From Nitrososphaerota archaeon (GTDB taxonomy: Archaea; Thermoproteota; Nitrososphaeria_A; Caldarchaeales; Calditenuaceae), in the NCBI GenBank assembly GCA_038845265.1, contig JAWBQR010000002.1:94609-158608 (forward strand): a DNA stretch of 64,000 bases. Reading direction: 5' to 3'. The notes beneath the pieces are model-generated. The model ran no database searches, was not told the origin of the DNA, and saw only the letters and a program-made list of their open reading frames with translations. Each line of letters begins with the position of its first letter. Positions within the stretch are counted from its first letter, which is position 1. The position numbers and the translations under genes are program-made. Below, one piece after another: positions 10,613-20,145 of this stretch.

Positions 10613-10969
10613 TTAACCGTGCTTATTCTTCTGTTGTGTAGTTGATTCAATTATCCATTTTAGGTATGAGGCATTTACATTATTTGCTTGCAGCTCTATG
10701 AATTCAGGTACTTCGTATGGATGTTCTTTCATAATTACTTCCTTAAGCAGTTCAACTACCTCTCTTCTAGTTTTAAAGATTAATAATACTTCTTGTGATT
10801 CTTCTATTGTCTCTTTCCATCTATAAATAGAGTTGACATTAATTATATTTACACATGCTGCTAGATTTCTTTCAATTATGCTTCTGCACCATGCTCGATA
10901 ATTAGCGTCTGCGGGATACGTGACTAATATAAGAGATAGGGTTTGTCCAGAAGAATTTTTCATAGACAT
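10613..10969 (-). CDS. cutA: Divalent-cation tolerance protein CutA
   Basis: LAACVN, SIYRW, HPYEVPE, YLKW. Confidence 0.93.
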   Translation of the reverse strand: MSMKNSSGQTLSLILVTYPADANYRAWCRSIIERNLAACVNIINVNSIYRWKETIEESQEVLLIFKTRREVVELLKEVIMKEHPYEVPEFIELQANNVNASYLKWIIESTTQQKNKHG

Positions 10970-11626
10970 TTACTTCGCCTCTTTCCAGACTCTCTCGAAC
11001 TCTTTTCTGTAAAGCTGGGCTACTTCTTCGTCTCTTAACACGACGAGATTTTCATCATTTTTATCCTCAGCGGCTGCCGACCAGTTATAGCTACCAGTAA
11101 TCACGACCTCATCATCAATAACGGCGAATTTGTGATGCATCAAGTCAGGATTTCCATCAATCCTAATATCTACTCCTGCATTTTTTAGTCTCTCATATTC
11201 GGATCCCCTAACATTAGCCTGCTGCTCCTCTAATACCACTTTTACATCTACTCCACGATTTTTTAGCTCTATCAAGACGTCTGCTAACGGGTCGCTCGTA
11301 AAAGAGTAAACAGCCACATAGACGTATCGTTTAGCCTCATCTAAAATATCAATAATTATTGTGTCGCACTTCTCAGGCCTGGAAAAGCAGACAAAAGAGA
11401 CAGCTCTAGAAGTCTCTTCCTGAGGGGTAGTAATTGTTGATGTCTCTCGCAGAGTGGTCGTTACTGTTGTTTGAATAGTGAAGGTTTTGCTGGTTATCTC
11501 GTGGATAGTAGTTGTTCTATACTCAGTCAGGATAGTAGTCCTAGGCGTTATGCCTGAGGCAAGGCTTCCAAAGATTAAGCCAGTAACAAATACAATAATT
11601 ACTATAATAGCGGTAGTCGCTTTCAT
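10970..11626 (-). CDS. Membrane-anchored or secreted single-HKD phospholipase D/Nuc-family protein
   Basis: N-terminal hydrophobic helix, Thr-rich stalk, HHKFAVID...GSYN...NDEN. Confidence 0.85.
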   Translation of the reverse strand: MKATTAIIVIIVFVTGLIFGSLASGITPRTTILTEYRTTTIHEITSKTFTIQTTVTTTLRETSTITTPQEETSRAVSFVCFSRPEKCDTIIIDILDEAKRYVYVAVYSFTSDPLADVLIELKNRGVDVKVVLEEQQANVRGSEYERLKNAGVDIRIDGNPDLMHHKFAVIDDEVVITGSYNWSAAAEDKNDENLVVLRDEEVAQLYRKEFERVWKEAK

Positions 11627-11659
11627 GAATAGAGTTTTCTTAGGCGGAGTTTTTATAAT

Positions 11660-12385
11660 TTATGGAAGCGTAACTATGGATTTTATTTGGCATGTCATTC
11701 CCAATTCTTCTCTGAGTTTTTCAGCCATGCCCTCGATCATTGCTATTGAGAAGACGCCCACGATATTTCCTCCTGCTCTCTCAGTTAGTCTTGCAAGAGT
11801 GATTACAGTCTTACCACTCCTTATCAAGTCGTCGACTATTAATACGTTTTCACCCCTCTTGATTGCTCTTCTAGGGATGTATAGATATTCGATAATCGGT
11901 GGAGTGCGTATTATTTTTTCCTCTAGGCAGTCCCTGACGCTTAGGTCTTTACGTTGCTTCGCTATTATTAGATCTACATTAAATTCGTTTGCGACTTCTA
12001 CGGCTATTGGTATGCCATCCGCAGCGACGGTGAGGAGCTTATTTACTGGCACGTAGCTAAACTCGTTAAAGGCGACTTTCCCAATTAATTTTTGTAGCCT
12101 TATATCCTTCACTACTTCATATAGGTCGTAGAACCCCTCTTCTGTTCTTGTGATTTTGGCCTTTATCATCTCTGTCAGCATCTTCTCGCTGAATAGGGAT
12201 ATTATTCGTTCTGACCTGCTCTTATTAGGCAATACTCTGCCCTTTACGTATCTACAAAGTATTGATGGTGGAAGCTCAAGCATCTCTGAGAGTAACTTAT
12301 AATCATATTTCTTCTTAAGTAGCCCTAAAAGCTCGATAGCATTTAGCCTAAGCTTAAGCATGTCTATGCGTGATTTACTATCCAA
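11660..12385 (-). CDS. HTH-phosphoribosyltransferase fusion (archaeal PurR/Apt-like)
   Basis: N-terminal HTH (LSEMLELPPSILCRYVKG) plus PRPP loop VLIVDDLIRSGKT. Confidence 0.85.
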   Translation of the reverse strand: MDSKSRIDMLKLRLNAIELLGLLKKKYDYKLLSEMLELPPSILCRYVKGRVLPNKSRSERIISLFSEKMLTEMIKAKITRTEEGFYDLYEVVKDIRLQKLIGKVAFNEFSYVPVNKLLTVAADGIPIAVEVANEFNVDLIIAKQRKDLSVRDCLEEKIIRTPPIIEYLYIPRRAIKRGENVLIVDDLIRSGKTVITLARLTERAGGNIVGVFSIAMIEGMAEKLREELGMTCQIKSIVTLP

Positions 12386-12531
12386 TCTTTATACACCACT
12401 TTGATAACTACTTCATGTTATTCCTCCATGAATTTATACATTTATGGAATGGTGGACTTTAGTGTACCGGTTTATATCATAGATGGTCTTCCAAGAAACG
12501 TAGACCATGCATAACAATTCAAAATGAGAAA

Positions 12532-13359
12532 ATGGTGTTGAGTTTGGATTGGCTTCTACTCGCGTTTGAGCTGGTCGGTCTCGGAGTAGCAGTCGGAGCG
12601 GCGGGAACACTAGTCGGCATCGGCGGTGGATTCATCGTCGTCCCAATACTTCTAACGGTATTTCACTTCGAGCCAGGAATGGCTGCAGGCACAAGCATGG
12701 TAATGATCTTCTTTAACTCTCTTTCGGGGTCAATAGCATACTTGAGGCAGAGAAGAGTTGACCTACTGGTCGGCATATCTATGGCCTTATCGACCATTCC
12801 AGGAACAATCATCGGAGGAATCGCTGTGGGACTCTTTGACACCTCGAGTTTCAGATTGGCATTTGCAATATTGCTACTCTCCGCCTCGCTATACATGATG
12901 TTTAGGCCTGCGAAATTTGAAGGTGGATCAGGGATAAAAAAATGGAGCACTCTGAGAAGAATAGTTGATAATTCGGGGCATGAATATTCGTATGTGTTTA
13001 ATATACCTATTGGAGCGGTAATTAGCTTCTTTGTCGGAATATTGGCGAATATGTTTGGCATTGGTGGCGGAATAATTCATGTCCCAACAATGATTCTTCT
13101 CTTTGGCGTTCCTACACATGTAGCGACTGCGACTTCTCACTTTATATTGATGGTTACGTCGTTTTCTGGATTGGGTGTTCATTTACAGCTCGGCAATATA
13201 GATTTATCCACTGCTATTCCGCTTGGGCTAGGAGCAGTAATAGGCGCTCAGCTGGGTGCTAGAATCTCTCAGCGGGTCAGGGGTAGGACCCTCGAGCGTA
13301 TTTTCTCAGTCTTTCTTATGGCCCTAGTGGTCAGGCTAATACTCCAAAATGTTATATAG
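12532..13359 (+). CDS. TauE/SafE sulfite-exporter family membrane protein
   Basis: Duplicated GIGGG motifs, about 8 TM helices. Confidence 0.88.
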   Translation: MVLSLDWLLLAFELVGLGVAVGAAGTLVGIGGGFIVVPILLTVFHFEPGMAAGTSMVMIFFNSLSGSIAYLRQRRVDLLVGISMALSTIPGTIIGGIAVGLFDTSSFRLAFAILLLSASLYMMFRPAKFEGGSGIKKWSTLRRIVDNSGHEYSYVFNIPIGAVISFFVGILANMFGIGGGIIHVPTMILLFGVPTHVATATSHFILMVTSFSGLGVHLQLGNIDLSTAIPLGLGAVIGAQLGARISQRVRGRTLERIFSVFLMALVVRLILQNVI

Positions 13360-13400
13360 GTCTAGGCGTTTTTTGGTGAAAAGGACACGCCATATATGGG

Positions 13401-14360
13401 GTGAAAGAATCTGTGGTCGAGGTTGTATGCATTGGAGAACCAATAGTACAGTTTAACGCAGTAACGCCTGGGCCACTGAGGTATGTAAATCTATTTGAGA
13501 AACATGTTGGGGGCCCAGAGACCACGGTCGCTGTGTGTGTTAGAAGGCTTGAGCATGCGTCAGGCCTAATCGGAAGGGTTGGTGATGACGAGTTAGGCCA
13601 TTTTATCACGAGTTGGTTGAGGGGGGTCGACGTTGATACTTCTTACGTCAAGGTTGACTCTTCAGGCCCTACTGCCATATGTCTCGTACAGAGAGGCTAC
13701 CCAATACCCGGGAGAAGCAAAGTACAATATTACAGAAAGGGCTCTGCAGGTAGCCGGCTTGCACCTGAGGATATTGATAAGGAATTTATCTCTGGAGCGA
13801 GGGTTGTCCATCTATCTGGGGTAACGCCTGCTATTAGTCAATCAGCGACGGATGCATGCCTGAAGGCCATAGTGACGGCTGGAGAGAACGGCGTCCTAGT
13901 CTCACTTGATACTCAGATTAGGCCTCAGCTGTGGGAGTCCCTCGATGACGCTGCATCAGTAATCATGAAGTTCGTCGAGTTTGCAAATATACTCTTCACA
14001 GATCTGGGAGACGCTGAAATATTGATAGGTGAGAGCAATCCAGAGAGGGTTATCCAAGTATTCAAGAGTATAGGAGTAGATGTTGTCGTGTTAAGACTCG
14101 GTGAACGTGGAGCTATTGCGTCTCGTGGGTCTGAACTGGCCGAGGCTGAGCCCTTACCAATTAGTATAGAGGACCCATTGGGTGCTGGTGAGGCGTTGGC
14201 TGGCACCTTTTTATCATGCCTTATTGAGGGACGAAGCCTCTTTGAATCTCTTCGAAAATCAATGATATCTTGGTCTCTTGTTGCATCTATTAGGGGTGAG
14301 CAGACAAATCTGCCGACTAGCCGTGATCTTGACGGTGCATTTCGCGCACTTTACCCATGA
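13401..14360 (+). CDS. PfkB/KdgK-like sugar kinase with atypical active site
   Basis: GRVGDDELG, YYRKGSA, HLSGVT; DPLGAGE in place of DxxGAGD. Confidence 0.8.
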   Translation: MKESVVEVVCIGEPIVQFNAVTPGPLRYVNLFEKHVGGPETTVAVCVRRLEHASGLIGRVGDDELGHFITSWLRGVDVDTSYVKVDSSGPTAICLVQRGYPIPGRSKVQYYRKGSAGSRLAPEDIDKEFISGARVVHLSGVTPAISQSATDACLKAIVTAGENGVLVSLDTQIRPQLWESLDDAASVIMKFVEFANILFTDLGDAEILIGESNPERVIQVFKSIGVDVVVLRLGERGAIASRGSELAEAEPLPISIEDPLGAGEALAGTFLSCLIEGRSLFESLRKSMISWSLVASIRGEQTNLPTSRDLDGAFRALYP

Positions 14361-15198
14361 GTAATACTGAGTAAAGAATTATCGATATAGTTATCCAAGA
14401 AGTGTAGGCTATCGGTCCTAGCCCAGCAATCTCTCTGGGTAACTCAGTGGTTATAATTGTCAAGCCCCATACTGCATTTATCGAGCCGTGAAGCGACGCC
14501 GCTGGTAAGACACTTGAGGATATTCTTCTCACTAATACATGTGGTAGTGTGGCTGAAATTGTATATATTGTAAAGAGAAGTACTCCTGCCAACCTATTGT
14601 CGGGATAATTATGTCCTAGAAGAATTATTGCTGATGCATGCCAAATGCCCCAGATGGCACCCACTAAAATCGATGCCTTGACGAGACTCATACCGGTAGA
14701 TTGAAACTTATCCAGTAAGTATCCCCTCCATCCGATTTCTTCTCCTAAGGCAAAAATAGCGTTAAGGGTCAAAGATATGATATATGCATTAAAAAACGTA
14801 AGTGCCATAAATGCAGGAAAATCAATTGATGAAACGGCTAAAAGGCTCGTTATTTGGCTCAGCGTAAAGTTTCCCGTAACGATGAGGATGGCCAAATATA
14901 TGGATAGTGCTGCGAATGTTATAAATGGAGCAGCAAGATATGTAATGGCAACTCTGCCATTTATTCGTAAATATTTTTTTAGGCTGGATGGACCGCATAA
15001 AACTAGTACGGCCACAGTCGGTGAATACATCCTTAAAAATCCCCAAGCTAGGATGCTTGTCTGGCTCTGGAGGTTGCCAATGAAATAGAATACGTAATCG
15101 ACAATAAGAGCAAGCAAAGTAGCTATCAATGAATAAACAAGTATATCTCTCAAATCCTTTGCAATCAAAATACGCTCACATAATTCAACGCTGAACAA
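14317..15198 (-). CDS. CPBP family intramembrane glutamic endopeptidase
   Basis: GEEIGWRG, WGIWH, HGSIN motifs; start codon uncertain. Confidence 0.88.
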   Translation of the reverse strand: MFSVELCERILIAKDLRDILVYSLIATLLALIVDYVFYFIGNLQSQTSILAWGFLRMYSPTVAVLVLCGPSSLKKYLRINGRVAITYLAAPFITFAALSIYLAILIVTGNFTLSQITSLLAVSSIDFPAFMALTFFNAYIISLTLNAIFALGEEIGWRGYLLDKFQSTGMSLVKASILVGAIWGIWHASAIILLGHNYPDNRLAGVLLFTIYTISATLPHVLVRRISSSVLPAASLHGSINAVWGLTIITTELPREIAGLGPIAYTSWITISIILYSVLLMGKVREMHRQDHG

Positions 15199-15261
15199 AT
15201 ATTTAAAAACATCATTGAACGGCGTTCAGGATAAAAGTAAGTATGCTGGGATTTTAGTTAG

Positions 15262-16674
15262 ATGTCGGTCGTCGAGGAAGTATTAGAGAAGGTTGCTGTT
15301 CTAGTTGAGCCGAACGAGGAGGAGAGAAAAAGGCTTAATGAAATTGCTTCACTGCTTCTTGAGGAGTGTAGGTCAAGGTTTAACACGGTTGAGGGATTTG
15401 TATCTGCATCGATTGAGGGCTCAGCAGCAAAGGATACATGGCTGAAGAGCAAGCCCGAGTTAGATATATTCATTCATTTCTTGCCCGGGGTTAGCCGCGA
15501 AGCGATGGAAGAGGCAGTCATCAAGATTGGCGGAGAGGTTATGAGAAGGATCGGTGGGCAAAGCAGGCTTAGATATGCCGAGCACCCCTACGTTGAAGGA
15601 TTCATTGACAATATCACTGTAAATATCGTTGGTTGCTACGAAGTGTCCATTGGGAAGTGGATAAGCGCCGTAGATAGGACTCCCTACCACACCCAATACG
15701 TAAACTCCCGGCTTACTCCGACACTTAGAAGAGACGTCAGAATTCTGAAGAGCTTCTTGACCAGCGCTGAGATTTACGGCGCAGAGATCAAGGTAGGTGG
15801 ATTCAGTGGATATCTATCAGAACTCTTAATAATTCATTATGGGGGGTTTTTAGAACTGTTAAAATCCGCCTCTCGTTGGAGACCACCAGTAATAATAGAC
15901 ATAGAAGGAAAAGTGAATAAGAAAGAAGCCTTGACCCTCTTCTCCAAATCGCCCTTAATAGTGATTGACCCAGTAGATAAGAATAGAAATGTAGCCTCTG
16001 CCGTCACCCTAACAAAGCTCTCAGAATTCATACTTGCATCTAAGATTTTTCTCAAAAATCCATCAACAAGCTATTTCATGGATAAACCAATGCTGGTACC
16101 AGATAAGCTTGAATCTCTCGCTGAGGGTAGGGAGCTCTTCGCAATAGTGTTCAACCTAGAGGAATACATTCCTCCAGATGTTATCTGGGGCGAGCTACGA
16201 AGATCGGCAGAGGGAATAAAAAAGAGATTCGAGATGGCGGGTTTTGATGTTTATAGCTATGGCATAAACGAGCACGAGGGCTCAGTCGCAATCATATTTG
16301 AACTTGATAAGCTTAGTCTTCCAGCTCGATTCGTGCATAGAGGGCCACCGGTCTGGATGGATGATGCATTAAGATTCGTTAAGAAACATCTATCAAGCCC
16401 AGATACAGTGGCCGGTCCATGGATAGAGGATGATAGAGTCTACGTTCTAAAGAAGCGTGAAGAAACAATGGTGGACATGCTTCTGAAAAAATGGTTAGCT
16501 CAGGCTGAAGTCTCAATATCTAAGCAGCTCTACAAGGCCTTCAGCTCCTCAAGAATGATAGTCGGTTGGAAGGAAGTTCTAAAAATACTTGGAACTGGAA
16601 TACATGCACCATTCCTTAACAAGTTCTTGACATCTAGACCAGTCTTCATGGATCATATTCTTAGGAAGGACTGA
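15262..16674 (+). CDS. cca: Archaeal (class I) CCA-adding enzyme
   Basis: GSAAKDTWL...ELDIF, YAEHPY, VDRTPYH, GFSGYL, DPVDKNRNVA. Confidence 0.95.
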   Translation: MSVVEEVLEKVAVLVEPNEEERKRLNEIASLLLEECRSRFNTVEGFVSASIEGSAAKDTWLKSKPELDIFIHFLPGVSREAMEEAVIKIGGEVMRRIGGQSRLRYAEHPYVEGFIDNITVNIVGCYEVSIGKWISAVDRTPYHTQYVNSRLTPTLRRDVRILKSFLTSAEIYGAEIKVGGFSGYLSELLIIHYGGFLELLKSASRWRPPVIIDIEGKVNKKEALTLFSKSPLIVIDPVDKNRNVASAVTLTKLSEFILASKIFLKNPSTSYFMDKPMLVPDKLESLAEGRELFAIVFNLEEYIPPDVIWGELRRSAEGIKKRFEMAGFDVYSYGINEHEGSVAIIFELDKLSLPARFVHRGPPVWMDDALRFVKKHLSSPDTVAGPWIEDDRVYVLKKREETMVDMLLKKWLAQAEVSISKQLYKAFSSSRMIVGWKEVLKILGTGIHAPFLNKFLTSRPVFMDHILRKD

Positions 16675-16676
16675 AT

Positions 16677-17444
16677 TTGGTCGTGAATAAGATAAATTTA
16701 GATGCCTCTGCCCTTATCTCCTTGGATGAGCTTGGCCGAGATAAGTCAAAACTAATACGTCTCTCATATCCAGTGCCGGACCAGAATTATGCATCGACAA
16801 TACTACAGTCACTATGTGAACTTGGTGTCGATGCAATATGTTTAGAACCATTCATGGGAAAAGGATTCAGGAATGTTGTATTGGCTGGCATTTGGAGAGG
16901 AGAATTAGTCGCCACCAAGATTAGGCGAATTGACTCCGTCGTCAAGGATACTATTAGAGAGGCTACTATCCATAGGATGGCTAATGAGGTCGGGGTCGGG
17001 CCAAGACTGCTAGGGAATTGCGGGCCTGTAATATTGATGGAATTAATCGAGGGAGAAGATCTATCCTCATGGCTCCTAAAGATTACCGACGAGGAGGTTG
17101 AGGAGGCGAGAGAAGTAATTTCTGACCTGCTTAGCCAGTGCTTCAGTCTAGATAGGGCTGGGATAGATCATGACGAGTTGAGCGATGCAAGTAAACACGT
17201 GTTGAGAAGGGGTAGGAATGTCGTGATACTTGACTTTGGGTCTGCTAAGATAACGTTAAAGCCATCAAACCTGACATCGATAATTAGCTATCTATTCTAT
17301 GGCCCTGTTCGTCGTGTTGTTGTGGATATATTAGATATGGAAAAACCATCTATAGAGGATTTAAGACAATACAAATCAAACATCACGTTGGAAAGATTTG
17401 AGGAAATCTACCATCATATTATTGGGCGGCGATTAGTCGGTTAG
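16677..17444 (+). CDS. Archaeal Ser/Thr protein kinase-like protein (cca-associated)
   Basis: GKG, KIRR, ANEVGVGP, HDEL, LDFG. Confidence 0.8.
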   Translation: MVVNKINLDASALISLDELGRDKSKLIRLSYPVPDQNYASTILQSLCELGVDAICLEPFMGKGFRNVVLAGIWRGELVATKIRRIDSVVKDTIREATIHRMANEVGVGPRLLGNCGPVILMELIEGEDLSSWLLKITDEEVEEAREVISDLLSQCFSLDRAGIDHDELSDASKHVLRRGRNVVILDFGSAKITLKPSNLTSIISYLFYGPVRRVVVDILDMEKPSIEDLRQYKSNITLERFEEIYHHIIGRRLVG

Positions 17445-17474
17445 GCTAAATCTATATCTTTAAATAATAATTGA

Positions 17475-18461
17475 GTGATTTTAACATATCGGTGTTATAT
17501 CAAGGTGCGTAAGAAAAAAACCGCTCAAATGCTTAAAACAGGGAAAAAGCCGAGTCCTAAAGGAAGACTAGGATATAACGTTTTGTCTGCCATAGGAAAC
17601 ACCCCGCTTATAGATCTGACAGAAGTCATAAGGGCTCAAGGCGGTGTAAAGGTGTTTGGAAAAGCCGAGTACATGAATCCCGGAGGCTCCGTCAAGGATA
17701 GACCCGCACTTTACATAGTGAGGGACGCGCTTAAAAGAGGTCTGCTCGGTCCAGGTAAGACAATACTAGACGCTACGTCAGGCAATATGGGGATAGGCCT
17801 AGCACTGGTCGCCGCTGCATATGGTATATCCTGCAAACTTGTAGTGCCTGGAAACATAAGTGCAGAAAAGCAGAAAATCCTAAAACTATTAGGAGCGGAG
17901 CTCATAATTAGTGATCCACTAACAGGGATAGATGGCGCAATCAAGGAGGCACGAGAAATTTACTCAGATAATCCCGACCAGTATTTCTATGCAAATCAAT
18001 ACGATAACCCAGCCAATGTTAGGGCTCACTACGAAACCACCGGCCCAGAGATATGGAACCAGACTAATGGCAGAATAACGCACTTCGTAGCAGGAGTAGG
18101 CACCTCAGGAACACTAATGGGTGTCGGTAAAAGATTGAGGAAAAATAATCCAGAAATAGTGTTAATAGAGGTTCAGCCAGATGAACCGCTTCACGGCATA
18201 GAAGGACTAAAATATATGGAAAAAGCGATCAGACCCGCGATCTATAAGCCAGGCTTTGCTGACGATTTAGTCAGAATAAAGACTGAGGAGGCCATAAAGT
18301 ATAGCAGGCTTCTAGCCAGTTCTGGAGTGCTTGCAGGACTCTCATCAGGAGCTAACGTTGCTGCAGCTGTTAGAGTTGCGAGCAGTCTAAAGACGGGTGT
18401 GGTCGTAACGATGCTACCTGACGGTGCTAGCAGGTACATAGATTTGCTCATGGCTGAGTAA
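17475..18461 (+). CDS. cysM: PLP-dependent cysteine synthase, CysM-like
   Basis: NPGGSVKDR, DATSGN, GVGTSGT, HGIEGLK; true start probably downstream of 17475. Confidence 0.85.
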   Translation: MILTYRCYIKVRKKKTAQMLKTGKKPSPKGRLGYNVLSAIGNTPLIDLTEVIRAQGGVKVFGKAEYMNPGGSVKDRPALYIVRDALKRGLLGPGKTILDATSGNMGIGLALVAAAYGISCKLVVPGNISAEKQKILKLLGAELIISDPLTGIDGAIKEAREIYSDNPDQYFYANQYDNPANVRAHYETTGPEIWNQTNGRITHFVAGVGTSGTLMGVGKRLRKNNPEIVLIEVQPDEPLHGIEGLKYMEKAIRPAIYKPGFADDLVRIKTEEAIKYSRLLASSGVLAGLSSGANVAAAVRVASSLKTGVVVTMLPDGASRYIDLLMAE

Positions 18462-18496
18462 AACATAATTTTTGGTTCACGGGGAGGGGATATAGA

Positions 18497-18919
18497 GTGG
18501 TCATAAAGATTCCAAGAAAGATAATGGACGAGATGTCGAGACACGCTTTAAGGGCTTATCCCGAGGAAGGATGTGGCTTACTGATCGGCGTCATAAATTC
18601 CGGGATAAGAGAGATAGTTAAATGCATACCGATGTCAAACGTCTATGAAGGTTCAAGAAGAAACAGATACTCAATAGATCCATTAGAATACATGAAAATA
18701 GAGGATGAAGCATATAGAAATGGTCTCATGGTACTTGGTGTATTCCATAGCCATCCAGATGCTCCCGCGGCTCCAAGCAGGTATGACCAAGAATACGCAG
18801 CCCCAACGTTCATCTATATTATATTATCGGTGAGAAATGGTGGTGTAGCTGAGATAGCTGCATGGAGAATTAATGAATTGACTTGGACTTTTGAAGAGGA
18901 GCCATTTGAGATAATTTAA
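18497..18919 (+). CDS. JAMM/MPN+ metalloprotease (Mec/desampylase-like)
   Basis: YPEEGCG and HSHPD-x(3)-PS-x(2)-D JAMM motif. Confidence 0.9.
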   Translation: MVIKIPRKIMDEMSRHALRAYPEEGCGLLIGVINSGIREIVKCIPMSNVYEGSRRNRYSIDPLEYMKIEDEAYRNGLMVLGVFHSHPDAPAAPSRYDQEYAAPTFIYIILSVRNGGVAEIAAWRINELTWTFEEEPFEII

Positions 18920-20119
18920 CTATACGCGTTGGCGATAAACATGCAGTTCTTCAAACGTTGAAGATAGAATCACCCCTCCTATCGCGAGTCTCTTTATCGT
19001 ATCGTTGTATGGCGTGTATATTCTCGCGATTTGCTTCTTAGGGTCTATTCCCATGAATAATGCGATGCTCGAGACTGTGTCGTTTTCGCTCAATACGTAT
19101 GAGATTAGGCCTATTCCAATATCTGATAAGTCATAACCTTCATGCCCGATGATCTTTTTAGAAGCAGCACATCCACACTTCTCGATGTCCAATACGACAT
19201 CATTCAGATAATCTGTAATGCTTGGATAATTCTCCCCTTCTTGCTCTAGGATTTTGAAACTAATCCAGCTGAGAGGAATGGTTTTCAGCGAGGCTCCACG
19301 GAGAAACCTTGCGTAATTCATCTCCCTTATAAGTCGTCTAGCTTCATGATTGCGTGGAGAAACCATCTTAGGGACGTCAAGCTTTATGACCTCGGCTCCT
19401 GACTTAGCAATCGCATCATTTAGCAATGGTCCAGACTCCGCTCCTAAAAGTACAACGTGGCTTGGTATCGCTGAATCTACGAGGCTAGCCTTGTACCAAT
19501 CAGCAGCACCCTCGCCGACCCACCCATCCGTATTTATCAATACGCATCTCTTTTCCCCCTCTTTTAGGAGGAGCCTAGCCTTGTCCAGTGCCTCCTTAGG
19601 ATTATATGACGGAGAAGTATATCCAACTGGATATATCTTGTCAGGCCTAATCAAATGGAGGGAAGGAACGGTCTTAAAATATAGCCCAGAATTGGCTATA
19701 GTGGTTGGTGGACAGATATCTGACTGTCCGATATCAAGATCAAAGATAATTGTCGGAATGCCTTTCTTAACGGCCTGGTTGTGAAGAAATGTCACAAGTG
19801 ACGTCTTGCCAGAATCTACTCCCCCAATTACCATAACTCTGCTATATATTCCAATCCTCTCAGAGAGACTACGCCAAGAATCAGGTATCGTGTCTTCCTC
19901 CACGATTCTTAGTGAGTGACCGGCGCCGAGAGAAAGCTCGAGGACGGTGTCGGTCAATGCGTGTATTGGTAATACTCTCCAAGGCCTGGAAATTAGTGTT
20001 TCTCCTTTTTTAGGCCTGTGTCCGAAGACCTCGACTTCTCCATCTACTACTCTGGCAGAAGCAGGGCCGCCGAGCAGCAAGGTATTTTCACGTTTTAAGA
20101 ACTGTCTATTTTCAGCCAT
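18920..20119 (-). CDS. Clp1/Grc3-family polynucleotide 5'-hydroxyl kinase
   Basis: GGVDSGKT, DLDIGQ, NTDGW, RRLIRE clasp motif. Confidence 0.88.
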   Translation of the reverse strand: MAENRQFLKRENTLLLGGPASARVVDGEVEVFGHRPKKGETLISRPWRVLPIHALTDTVLELSLGAGHSLRIVEEDTIPDSWRSLSERIGIYSRVMVIGGVDSGKTSLVTFLHNQAVKKGIPTIIFDLDIGQSDICPPTTIANSGLYFKTVPSLHLIRPDKIYPVGYTSPSYNPKEALDKARLLLKEGEKRCVLINTDGWVGEGAADWYKASLVDSAIPSHVVLLGAESGPLLNDAIAKSGAEVIKLDVPKMVSPRNHEARRLIREMNYARFLRGASLKTIPLSWISFKILEQEGENYPSITDYLNDVVLDIEKCGCAASKKIIGHEGYDLSDIGIGLISYVLSENDTVSSIALFMGIDPKKQIARIYTPYNDTIKRLAIGGVILSSTFEELHVYRQRV

Positions 20120-20145
20120 ATTCCATACACCACTGAAAATTGTCC

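Noticed and set aside
14317-15198. CPBP/'Abi' protein as a phage defence gene
   Set aside because: The family label is not evidence of abortive infection, and no defence context is present.
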